From Prochlorococcaceae cyanobacterium (GTDB lineage Bacteria; Cyanobacteriota; Cyanobacteriia; PCC-6307; Cyanobiaceae), in NCBI GenBank assembly GCA_046484965.1, contig JAWOHV010000198.1, forward strand, positions 2,156 through 66,155: 64,000 nt of DNA, written 5' to 3'. The notes below the pieces were generated by a model. It saw only the letters and a program-made list of their open reading frames with translations, was not told the origin of the DNA and made no database searches. Shown in pieces: positions 45,855 through 53,643 of this stretch. How positions within the stretch are numbered: position 1 is the stretch's first letter; each line of letters begins with the position of its first letter. A program made the translations under genes and the position numbers.

Positions 45855-46832
45855 TCAGCCGCTCGTCCAGCGCTCCTCCTGCCAGGAGGCGCGCAAGCCT
45901 TCCCGGAAGCTGGGGTAGAGCAGGCGGTAGCCGAGTGTGCGGCAGAGCAGGCGGTTGCTGGCCCGGCGGTTTTCACGCCAGAAGCCGAGGGCCATCGGAC
46001 TCATTGTTGGGGCGATCGCCTCGAAGCTCTCCACCTGCGGCAGGCGGCAGCCGGCCAGATGGGCCGCATAGGCCAGCGGCTCGCTCGACGGGCAGGGATG
46101 GTCGTCGACCACGTTGAGCACCGCCGGCCGTTGGGCCGCCGGCAGGGCCAGGTTGTGCAGCAGGGCCCCCACGATGTCGTCGACATGAATGCGGGAAAAC
46201 ACCTGGCCAGGCTTGTGGATCAAGCGGCTCCGACCGGCAGCCAGTGCCTGAAAGGGGCAGCGGCCCGGTCCGTAGATGGCCGGCAACCGGAAGATCTGCA
46301 GCGGCAGGCCGCTGGCGCGCCAGGCCTGTTCGCAGGCCAGCCGGGCCTGGCTGCGGGGCAGCCCCGGCAAAACCGGGGCGTCTTCGTTCACCCAGCGGCC
46401 GTCGCAGTTGCCATAGACGCCAGTGGTGGAGAGGTATCCCAGCCAATGCAGCGGCAGCTGCCGCAGCAGTGCTCCGAGCTGCTTCAGGCAGGGATCCTCG
46501 CCTTCGGCATTGGGCGGGATGGTGACCAGCACGTGGCTGATGCCGCTGCAGGCGCCGGGCTCCAGCGGTGTTTCCTGTTCGCTATCGAAGTGGAGCCAGC
46601 GCCACTGCGGCTCCCCACTGGCTGGGCCAGATGGGTTGTTGGCGCTGCCGGCAGGCTCCGCTCGCCTGGTCAGGGTCACCGGTATGCCGGCGGCGCCGAG
46701 CACCCTGGCCAGCCGTTGGCCGGTGTAGCCGCCCCCAAGCACCAGCAGGCCTTCGATCCGCTGGGCTGATGGCCCGGCGGCCAGGGCGCGGGCCTGCTCC
46801 AGCAGCGCCGGGTTGACAGGCGCCAACGTCAT
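45855..46832 (-). CDS. NAD-dependent epimerase/dehydratase-like (extended SDR) protein
   Basis: 325 aa with the Rossmann motif LLVLGGGYTGQRLARVL. It sits in the conserved position after pdxA. Confidence 0.7.
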   Translation of the reverse strand: MTLAPVNPALLEQARALAAGPSAQRIEGLLVLGGGYTGQRLARVLGAAGIPVTLTRRAEPAGSANNPSGPASGEPQWRWLHFDSEQETPLEPGACSGISHVLVTIPPNAEGEDPCLKQLGALLRQLPLHWLGYLSTTGVYGNCDGRWVNEDAPVLPGLPRSQARLACEQAWRASGLPLQIFRLPAIYGPGRCPFQALAAGRSRLIHKPGQVFSRIHVDDIVGALLHNLALPAAQRPAVLNVVDDHPCPSSEPLAYAAHLAGCRLPQVESFEAIAPTMSPMALGFWRENRRASNRLLCRTLGYRLLYPSFREGLRASWQEERWTSG

Positions 46833-46864
46833 GAGTACAAGTGTATTAGTTTCACGGTTTTGCC

Positions 46865-47077
46865 ATGGCAGTCTCTGCGAGCTGCGGCTCTCTCTCTAAC
46901 TCAGCGCTGGCTGGGGCGCGGCCTCGAGCGGCCGCGGGTTGCACCACGGGGCTGGGGCTGAGCCTTGCGGTGCTGGCCGGCCTGGTGCTGGCGATGCTGC
47001 TGGCACCGGAGCAGCCGCGGGCTCAGGCAGATATCTGCCAGCGTCACCATGGCGCTGAGGCCTGCCGGGTTTGGTGA
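46865..47077 (+). CDS. Small hypothetical membrane protein with C-terminal C-x8-C-RVW
   Basis: 70 aa (or shorter from internal starts). It has a TM segment LGLSLAVLAGLVLAMLLA and a tail DICQRHHGAEACRVW. It is coding-like but unassigned. Confidence 0.35.
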   Translation: MAVSASCGSLSNSALAGARPRAAAGCTTGLGLSLAVLAGLVLAMLLAPEQPRAQADICQRHHGAEACRVW

Positions 47078-47089
47078 GCACCAGGCCCC

Positions 47090-47554
47090 TCAGGCTGCCT
47101 GCAGCGACCAGCCGCCCTGATTCAGGGGCCTGCGGTTGCGATCCGGTTTGGCTGGGCGGGAGCGATCGATCTCCGGGGCCGCCCACTGCAGCAGTCGCAC
47201 GGCCAGGCGCATGTCGCCATCCATCCAGGCCCGGATCGCCATGGCCCGCCTGGGGTCATAAAAGCGCTGCTGGCGATACCACACGAAGGCATCGAGGTCG
47301 CTTTTGTGGCCGTTGCAGGCCAGGCAGGCCGGCACACAGTTTTCGGTCACGCTCAGGCCGCCGCGGCTCTGGGGCTGGATGTGATCAATCGATTCAGAAG
47401 GCAGGCCGCAATAAATACAGCACTTGTTCGTAAAAGTGTGGAGCGACTGCCTCCAGCGTCGAACACGTAACTTCGGGCAGAGATCCTCAAGGAAGACCGC
47501 ATCCCTGACCTGCATCAGAATCATTCGGGTGCACTGATTCTTGCCCCAGGCCAA
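47090..47554 (-). CDS. HNH endonuclease
   Basis: CIYCGLPSESIDHIQPQSRGGLSVTENCVPACLACNGHKSD, i.e. CxxC...DH...N...CxxCN..K, the HNH beta-beta-alpha-metal motif. Confidence 0.85.
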   Translation of the reverse strand: MAWGKNQCTRMILMQVRDAVFLEDLCPKLRVRRWRQSLHTFTNKCCIYCGLPSESIDHIQPQSRGGLSVTENCVPACLACNGHKSDLDAFVWYRQQRFYDPRRAMAIRAWMDGDMRLAVRLLQWAAPEIDRSRPAKPDRNRRPLNQGGWSLQAA

Positions 47555-47623
47555 CGGCTGCCAATGTGTCGACGATTGCAGTTTCAGGTTTTCTTGCCAG
47601 CGGCCCCAGGCCCTTTAGATTGA

Positions 47624-49273
47624 TTGGCGTGCCATCGGTGGCTGTTCACCGTTCCCGCCTCGCCTGAAGCTGTTCATCGGCGTTGTCTGCTGCGGCTTGG
47701 TCCCACGGGGCTGATCGAGGTCATCGCCCCCTTCGATGCCGTTACCCAGGCCCAGCTGCGGGCCCTGCGGCCCGCCGGAGTTTGGCGATCAAAGCTGCGC
47801 GGCTGGGAATTCCCGCTCGAGGCGGCCGCCGCACTCTCGGCGATGCTCGGCCAACGCTTTGTGATCGATGCCGAACTGGCCCAGTGGATGGCCTGGCTGT
47901 TGCAGCCGCTGCCGCCCCTGCCGCCCCACCGCCGGCTGATTGAGGCTGCGGCAGCGGAGGTTCCCCTCCCGGATGGCCGCAGCCTCTTCGCCCACCAGCG
48001 CCTGGCCGTGCGCTGGCTGCTGGCGCGGCGGGGCGCCCTGCTGGCCGATGCCATGGGGCTGGGCAAGACGCTGACGGCCCTGGTGGCGGCCCGGGCGATG
48101 GTGCGGTTGGCGGATTGCCGCATCGTGGTGCTGGCGCCGGTTGGTCTCCATCAGCATTGGCGCCAGGAGGCCCTGGCCCTGGGCTTGCAGTTGGAACTGC
48201 ACAGCTGGGCGCGCCTGCCCGCGGCCTTGCCCGCGGCCGGCTGTGTGGTGATCGCTGATGAGGCCCATTTCGCCCAGAACCTGGCGGCCCGCCGCAGCCA
48301 GGCCTTCCTGCGGCTGGCTCGCCACCCCCGGCTGCGGGCCATCTGGCTGCTCACCGGTACCCCGATGAAGAATGGTCGCCCCCGTCAGCTGTTTCCGCTG
48401 CTGGCTGCGATCGGCCACCCCCTGGCCGCCGACCAGCGTCGCTTCGAGGAGCGCTACGGCCAGGGGCACTGGTGTGAGCGCGGCGGCCAGCGCCGCTGGC
48501 AAGCCGATGGTGCGACCAACCTCGAGGAGCTGCGCCGCCTCTGTCGCCCCCTGGTGCTGCACCGCCGCAAGCAGGACTGCCTGGATCTGCCACCCAAGTG
48601 CCGGCTGCTGCTGCCGGTGAGCCTGGATGACCAAGCGGCGCGGGGTTTCGAGCACCGCATCGGCGCCAAGGTGGCCGACTATCGCCGCAGGGTGGCCCTT
48701 GGCGAGGTCCGTCGCGATGCGGAGGCCCTGGCGATGCTCACCGCCCTGCGTCAGATCGGATCCGATTACAAACTGGCGGCAGCGGCCCAGTTGCTGGAGC
48801 AATTTCTGGCCGCGGCTGAGCCCGTGGTGCTGTTCAGCGCCTTTGTGGCCAGCGCCCAGCGCCTGCACGAACGCTTCGGGGGTTCGCTGCTCACCGGCCG
48901 CCAGCGTCCCCAGGAGCGTCAGGCGGCGGTGGACGCCTTTCAGCAGGGGCAATCCCAGCTGTTGCTGGCCAGCTTCGGCGCCGGTGGCCTCGGCTTCACG
49001 CTCAGCCGGGCCAGGCATGTGGTGTTGCTGGAGCGGCCCTGGACCCCAGGCGACGCCGAGCAGGCCGAAGATCGCTGCCATCGCATTGGCATGGCTGCAC
49101 CGCTGCAATGCCATTGGCTGCAGCTGGGGGCTGCCGACCACCTGGTGGATGGGCTGATCGCCAGCAAGGCCGAGCGGATCGCCCTGTTGCTGGATGGCCA
49201 ACGCACCCTGCTGCAACGGCGACGCCTGCCCCAGATGGTGCGGGAGTTGGTGGAGCGGCTGGCGGAGAGTTAG
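47624..49273 (+). CDS. SNF2-family ATPase, SMARCAL1-like, with an N-terminal HARP-like domain
   Basis: HQRLAVRWLL...LADAMGLGKTLTAL (motif I), VIADEAHFAQN (DEAH), LTGTPMKNG, GAGGLGFTL and WTPGDAEQAEDRCHRIG (the QAEDRxHRIG form typical of the SMARCAL1/ZRANB3 subfamily). The N-terminal segment LIEVIAPFDAVTQAQLRALRPAGVWRSKLRGWEFPLEAAAAL resembles a HARP repeat. TTG start. Confidence 0.88.
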   Translation: MACHRWLFTVPASPEAVHRRCLLRLGPTGLIEVIAPFDAVTQAQLRALRPAGVWRSKLRGWEFPLEAAAALSAMLGQRFVIDAELAQWMAWLLQPLPPLPPHRRLIEAAAAEVPLPDGRSLFAHQRLAVRWLLARRGALLADAMGLGKTLTALVAARAMVRLADCRIVVLAPVGLHQHWRQEALALGLQLELHSWARLPAALPAAGCVVIADEAHFAQNLAARRSQAFLRLARHPRLRAIWLLTGTPMKNGRPRQLFPLLAAIGHPLAADQRRFEERYGQGHWCERGGQRRWQADGATNLEELRRLCRPLVLHRRKQDCLDLPPKCRLLLPVSLDDQAARGFEHRIGAKVADYRRRVALGEVRRDAEALAMLTALRQIGSDYKLAAAAQLLEQFLAAAEPVVLFSAFVASAQRLHERFGGSLLTGRQRPQERQAAVDAFQQGQSQLLLASFGAGGLGFTLSRARHVVLLERPWTPGDAEQAEDRCHRIGMAAPLQCHWLQLGAADHLVDGLIASKAERIALLLDGQRTLLQRRRLPQMVRELVERLAES

Positions 49274-49632
49274 GGGCAGCTCTCCTGGCGCACCTGCAAT
49301 TCGGTGCGCAGTTGCAGCGGCAGGCGCTCCGCCGGCAGTGCCCTGGCCAGGGCCTGGGCCTGGGCGATATCGCGACAGGCGGCCACGGGGTTGCCCTGCA
49401 GGCTGTGGAGCACAAAGCGCTCGTTGAGCGGCGCCGGATCGCTGGGAAAGGAGGCAACCACCCGGTCGCAGCGGCGCAGGGCCTGCTCCAGGGCATTCAG
49501 CTTCAGGTTGCGGAGACAGTCGTCGGGCTGGATCCGCCGCGGTGCAGCGACCTCCGCGGCACAGGCCGCCGTCAGCAGGGCCAGTGTCAGCAGGGGCAGT
49601 GCCAGCGAGGCTGCGGTGCTGCGGCAGCGCAT
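49270..49632 (-). CDS. Hypothetical lipoprotein
   Basis: 120 aa with a signal peptide and lipobox (LALLTAAC) and 5 Cys. No family recognised. Confidence 0.55.
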   Translation of the reverse strand: MRCRSTAASLALPLLTLALLTAACAAEVAAPRRIQPDDCLRNLKLNALEQALRRCDRVVASFPSDPAPLNERFVLHSLQGNPVAACRDIAQAQALARALPAERLPLQLRTELQVRQESCP

Positions 49633-49665
49633 CTTTTCTCCAGTGGACGCACTTGTCCAGGGGGA

Positions 49666-50118
49666 TCAATAGGCGTAACGATCGCTGCGGCTGGTGCCGG
49701 AGGCGGGGGCTTGGGTCGGGGCGGGGGCTGTGGCACCGTTCTCTGCGGCCTTGGCGGGGGTGGCCGCGCGGCTGTAGATGTCGCCGAGGTAGCGGCCGCA
49801 ATCTGGATAGGTGTTCGGATTCTGGACCACCGCCTCGGTGATCATCACGGCGGCATGTTCTGGAGAGGTTTTGAACAGGCTGGCGCTCTGGCGCTTGATC
49901 AGCGAGTAGGCCGCGGCCCAGCTCACGTCGTGGTTGTTGCCGGCTGCGCGCATGAAGCAATACACCTGCGCCCCCTTGCCGCCCGCGGTGGCGGGGCTGT
50001 TGTCGGCCCAGGCCGTTGAGGCCGAGAGTCCTGCCGCCAGCCCCAGGCTCGCGGTCACGGCACCCATGCTGGAGAGCCAGCGCCTCCTGCCGAGATCGGC
50101 CAACCGGGTGAGGGCCAT
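49666..50118 (-). CDS. Secreted hypothetical protein (twin-arginine-like signal)
   Basis: 150 aa, LGRRRWLSSMGAVTASLGLAAGLSASTAWA, followed by a compact domain (VYCFMRAAGNNHDVSWAAAYSLIKRQ...TYPDCGRYLGDIY). Confidence 0.6.
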   Translation of the reverse strand: MALTRLADLGRRRWLSSMGAVTASLGLAAGLSASTAWADNSPATAGGKGAQVYCFMRAAGNNHDVSWAAAYSLIKRQSASLFKTSPEHAAVMITEAVVQNPNTYPDCGRYLGDIYSRAATPAKAAENGATAPAPTQAPASGTSRSDRYAY

Positions 50119-50284
50119 AGAAGTGATGCCTGGAAAGAACCGTCGCTCAACGTATCGATCCCTCGCGTTCTGTCGAGGGGGGCTGCCGCGATCGCAGCGG
50201 CTGGCTGGCAGGGGGAGGCGGGCAGTTGAGCTTGAGCCGAACCTGAATCTGTGCTGTCATCGGCTTAGCCGTCGCAGCCTCTTC

Positions 50285-50584
50285 ATGACGTCCGAACCGG
50301 TTTCCTTCCGCATCAGCCGTACCGCTGAGGATCTGGCCCAGACGGTCGCGGCCCTGTCGCGGCGATTGGTGTCGCTGGAACAGGCGATCGAGGCCATGGA
50401 TCTGCAGCTGCAGCGCCAACACGATCTCCATCCCCAGGAGCTGGCCAGCCTTGAGCGGGTCGACCAGCTGCTGCTCGATTGCCGTGAGTTGCTCGAGCCG
50501 GCCGCTGCCGCGGCTGAATCCCAGGCTTCTCAGCAGGGGGATAGCCGTACGCCGCCGCTCTTCCAGCAGGATCTGGCCGCCTGA
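50285..50584 (+). CDS. Hypothetical coiled-coil protein (99 aa)
   Basis: From the ATG at 50285, MTSEPVSFRISRTAEDLAQTVAALSRRLVSLEQAIEAMDLQLQRQ... The track ORF 49934.. over-extends upstream. Confidence 0.45.
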   Translation: MTSEPVSFRISRTAEDLAQTVAALSRRLVSLEQAIEAMDLQLQRQHDLHPQELASLERVDQLLLDCRELLEPAAAAAESQASQQGDSRTPPLFQQDLAA

Positions 50585-50604
50585 TCCTGGCCAGGGGTGG
50601 CAGA

Positions 50605-50889
50605 ATGGGAAGAAAGCAAGCCATGGCTTTTCCCCATTCGCTTCCTTCAGGTTCAGTGGGCTCTGCTGGTGGAGCTTCCATTACCGAAGCTCCACTATCC
50701 ACTTCCCCTACCCCAGGCTGCCAGCGCTCCCGTCAAGACGTTGGCAGTTACATCGAGGGCGGGCACCAGCTTGAGAAACTGCAGTTTGCCCTGGCGGTAG
50801 CCATTTCCCGGGCTGATCAGGCCAGGATCCAATATCTCCGCTCCCAGATCCATGCCCTGGGCGGTAACCGCGAGGAACCTGGCACCTGA
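50605..50889 (+). CDS. Hypothetical small protein
   Basis: 94 aa (alternative ATG at 50623). The C-terminal half DVGSYIEGGHQLEKLQFALAVAISRADQARIQYLRSQIHALGG looks protein-like. Confidence 0.35.
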   Translation: MGRKQAMAFPHSLPSGSVGSAGGASITEAPLSTSPTPGCQRSRQDVGSYIEGGHQLEKLQFALAVAISRADQARIQYLRSQIHALGGNREEPGT

Positions 50890-51080
50890 TCTGAGCAGTC
50901 TGAGCTGAGGCCAGTCCGTGTGAGTTTGCCAACACTCGATCGATCCTGGTTCCTGCTTTGACAGCCTTTCCTAGGCTTGAGTCCTAATAGGGTTTTAATG
51001 GCTGCCACCTAAGCATTGTCAAGTCCTTAATCTTCGGTCAGCTCCGAGTCAACTGCAGAGCGATCCAGCAACCAAAGGCT

Positions 51081-51299
51081 GTGCAAACCAAATCTTCCGA
51101 AAACTCTGGCGGCGTTGTTGCAGATCAGCGCAGTCGCTTGCTGGCCCAGGTGAAGCTCCTGGAGCGTCAGGCGATGCAAGCCGTAGAGAACGGCGATCTG
51201 GCTGATGCAGGCAAAAACATCCTTGCGGCCCTCGATTGTGAGCGCCGCGCTGGATCGGTGGGCCCGCAGGTGCGGCAACTGATCAAGCCTCGGGCTTGA
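51081..51299 (+). CDS. Hypothetical small helical protein (72 aa)
   Basis: The ORF follows a lower-GC spacer. SRLLAQVKLLERQAMQAVENGDLADAGKNILAALDCERR. Confidence 0.4.
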   Translation: MQTKSSENSGGVVADQRSRLLAQVKLLERQAMQAVENGDLADAGKNILAALDCERRAGSVGPQVRQLIKPRA

Positions 51300-51499
51300 A
51301 CGCGCAGGCCCAGTTGCAGCCCTGCAAGGGCGACCTTCCTACTTGCTGAGTGATTTGGAGAACTGCTGATCAGGCGGCTGGGCTGCAGCCAGGGCCGGGG
51401 ACCGCGGCAGTGGCACCTGGAAAACGTGGAGGCCAGCGAGGTGCGTGGAGTTGTGTATCTACAGTTGGCATGAATGGCCGCGGCGGTTCCGTGACTCAT

Positions 51500-51781
51500 C
51501 CCCAAGACCGCTCAACTCCGCGCCGATTGCCTGCAGCAGTTGCAGAGCTCCCTGCCCCTCACCCCCTCGCTGATCGAGGCATGCTGCAACAGCGAGCGCT
51601 GCTGATGTCAGTAGCCCGCGGCCCCTTGATCAGCAGCTACTGGTTGATCACTCAGACCCAAGGCGTCCTGGGCCTCAAGCAGCGCCGCTATGGCCTCAGC
51701 CCGCAGGCTGCCAAGCTTCTTCAGGATCCAGCCCTCGGTTTGCGGGCCGCTGCGCTGGTTCTGACTCCAGCACTGGCTTAG
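51500..51781 (+). pseudogene. vapBC-like stump: antitoxin C-terminal tail plus a PIN toxin lacking its N-terminus
   Basis: One frame reads ...LQQLQSSLPLTPSLIEACCNSERC* (stop at 51603-51605). This is paralogous to LHQLQATMPLTPSVIEECRASERW* at 53557-53631. Downstream, PLISSYWLITQTQGVLGLKQRRYGLSPQAAKLL parallels ALISSDWLITETHSALGIKQRHHGLSPEARQAA of the second copy. Confidence 0.55.
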
Positions 51782-51785
51782 AGCC

Positions 51786-53126
51786 GTGGCCAGCAAGCGC
51801 ACCCTCAACGCCAAGAATCTGGAAGCTCTGGGAGCTGCAGCGCTGGCGGAGCTGTTGATTGAGGTCAGCAGTGGCAATGCCGTCATCCAGCGGCGGCTGC
51901 GCCTTGCCTTGGCCGCTTCGGAGGGAGCCGACGGCGCCGCCCAGGAAGTAAGAAAGCGCCTGGCCGCGATCGATCGCGCCACAACGTTTGTGGATTCGGC
52001 CAAACGCAAAGCCCTGGTCAGCGACCTGGAAGCCCAGCTCCAGGCGATCACCGGAACCATCGCAGCAGCAGATCCCAAGCAGGCTTGCGATCTGCTGCTG
52101 CGCTTTCTTGAGCTCTCCGAGGGGGTGCTCGAGCGCAGCTCCGATGGCACCGGTTCAGTGATCGGCGTGTTCGAGCGGGCAGCTGAACAACTGGGACCGC
52201 TGGCCCAGGCTGCCCAGATGGCGCCGGAAACGCTGGCGGAGCAGGCAGCCGAGCTGCTGGCCGAGAACAGCTACGAGCAGTTCGATGCGCTTGTGCCAGC
52301 CCTCAAGGATGCTCTCGGCGACTGGGGCCTGAAGCTGCTGGATGCCTATTGCCGGAACCGCGGCTCCTGCGACGGCACGACCCATCTGCTGCAGATCGCA
52401 GTTGCCCGCGGTGATCTGGATGGATACCTGGCCCAGTTCGATGCCGACGAACTGCGCTGGCGCGACATCGCCGCCAGCGTGGCCCAACACCTGCTGGACG
52501 CCGGGCGGCTGGAGCAGGCCCTGGAGATTCTCGACGGGGCTACGGAATACTCAGGAGTTCTGCAGAATTCGCAGTGGCTTGACAGCCGCATCGCTGTACT
52601 TGAAGCCCTGAATCGTCCCGCTGAGGCCCAGGAGATGCGCTGGCAGTGGTTCAGCAAGACCCTCTCGATCCCGCACCTGCGCGACTACCTCAAGCGTCTC
52701 GACGACTTCGAGGACGTGGATGGAGAAGAACGCGCCCTTCAGGTGGCCGAGCAGCATTCTGTGAGCTTGCTGGGCCTGCACTTCCTGGTGGAGTGGGGAG
52801 CCCTGGCCCGTGCAGCCCGCCATGTGCTCGCCCACGAAGGGGAGTGGGATGGAGATGCTTACACCATCCACAGCGCTGCTGCCGAGCGCCTGAGTGCCGA
52901 CCATCCCCTGGCGGCCACGCTGCTGCTGCGGCCCATGGTGTTCTTTGCCCTGTGGATGGGCCGCGCCAAGCGCTATCGCTATGCCGCCGACCATCTGCGC
53001 AGCTGTGAGCAGCTGGCCGCCCGCATCGACGACTGGCAGGGACATCCCGATCACACAACCTATGTGGAACGCCTGCGAGACCTCTTCGGGGCGAAGTGGG
53101 GGTTCTGGAAACTGGTGGGGCCGTGA
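51786..53126 (+). CDS. 446-aa hypothetical alpha-helical protein (possibly DUF6880-like, recalled not tested)
   Basis: A long uninterrupted ORF with protein-like composition and a GTG start 5 nt after the stump's TAG. The C-terminus is ...HPDHTTYVERLRDLFGAKWGFWKLVGP. I recognise no catalytic motif. Confidence 0.7.
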   Translation: MASKRTLNAKNLEALGAAALAELLIEVSSGNAVIQRRLRLALAASEGADGAAQEVRKRLAAIDRATTFVDSAKRKALVSDLEAQLQAITGTIAAADPKQACDLLLRFLELSEGVLERSSDGTGSVIGVFERAAEQLGPLAQAAQMAPETLAEQAAELLAENSYEQFDALVPALKDALGDWGLKLLDAYCRNRGSCDGTTHLLQIAVARGDLDGYLAQFDADELRWRDIAASVAQHLLDAGRLEQALEILDGATEYSGVLQNSQWLDSRIAVLEALNRPAEAQEMRWQWFSKTLSIPHLRDYLKRLDDFEDVDGEERALQVAEQHSVSLLGLHFLVEWGALARAARHVLAHEGEWDGDAYTIHSAAAERLSADHPLAATLLLRPMVFFALWMGRAKRYRYAADHLRSCEQLAARIDDWQGHPDHTTYVERLRDLFGAKWGFWKLVGP

Positions 53127-53223
53127 GGCTCAGTGCTGCAGAGGCGGGAGGGCACTGATGGAGATGAACAACCGCTCCGGCCGTCCCGGCAAGGGTCGGA
53201 AGCCCATCGCCTCAGCCGCCACA

Positions 53224-53405
53224 TCAAGCAGTATCAGTCGCACGCCAAGGATTGGCCCCGCCCGAGGTCAGCTTGTACCCCATGGCCCGATAGCCCCGCC
53301 GTCGCCGCTCCCGCATCCGTTGCGGCACTGGGTGGCCGAGATCGAGCCAGTCGATGATGCGCACGCTGGTTTTCCCTGCCTGCTGCCGCTGCGCTGGCGT
53401 GCGCT
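53224..53405 (-). pseudogene. Remnant copy of the 3' end of the primase-helicase gene
   Basis: Positions 53276-53388 align with 54532-54644 at 106 of 113 positions by my manual alignment. Then 53388-53405 (gctgcgctggcgtgcgct) matches 54813-54830, which implies an internal deletion of about 168 nt. It encodes ...KTSVRIIDWLDLGHPVPQRMRERRRRGYRAMGY... Confidence 0.7.
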
Positions 53406-53412
53406 GTGTCAG

Positions 53413-53631
53413 GTGACATCGAAAACTGGACCGGCCGAGGCCTGCCGGGAAGACTTCGGCCAAGCACTGCCGCCCCTGGGGCAACATCCTGGCCTGCGGG
53501 AAGGCCATCAGGTCGAGATCGTTGTTGGCGAAGACGGCCGGCTGAGCCTGGAGCCCCTGCACCAGCTGCAGGCCACCATGCCCCTCACCCCTTCGGTGAT
53601 TGAGGAATGCCGCGCCAGTGAACGCTGGTGA
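53413..53631 (+). CDS. Putative AbrB/SpoVT-like VapB antitoxin (may be degenerate)
   Basis: From the GTG at 53413, ...LREGHQVEIVVGEDGRLSLEPL... resembles the swapped-hairpin C-terminal strand region of AbrB-type antitoxins. It lies 12 nt upstream of the PIN gene. The N-terminal part does not look canonical. Confidence 0.45.
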   Translation: MTSKTGPAEACREDFGQALPPLGQHPGLREGHQVEIVVGEDGRLSLEPLHQLQATMPLTPSVIEECRASERW

Positions 53632-53643
53632 GGCCGTCCCTTG

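Noticed and set aside
47789-49960. 723-aa minus-strand ORF, the longest in this part of the track
   Set aside because: It runs antisense to the SNF2 gene and out of frame through two downstream genes. It is Arg/Gly/Pro/Gln-rich with no motifs, so it is a stop-codon-poor GC-rich frame rather than a gene.
50958-50988. TTGACA ... CCTAAT promoter-like pair upstream of ORF 51081
   Set aside because: The spacer is about 19 nt and the -10 hexamer matches the consensus at only 4 of 6 positions. It is too weak to call from sequence alone.
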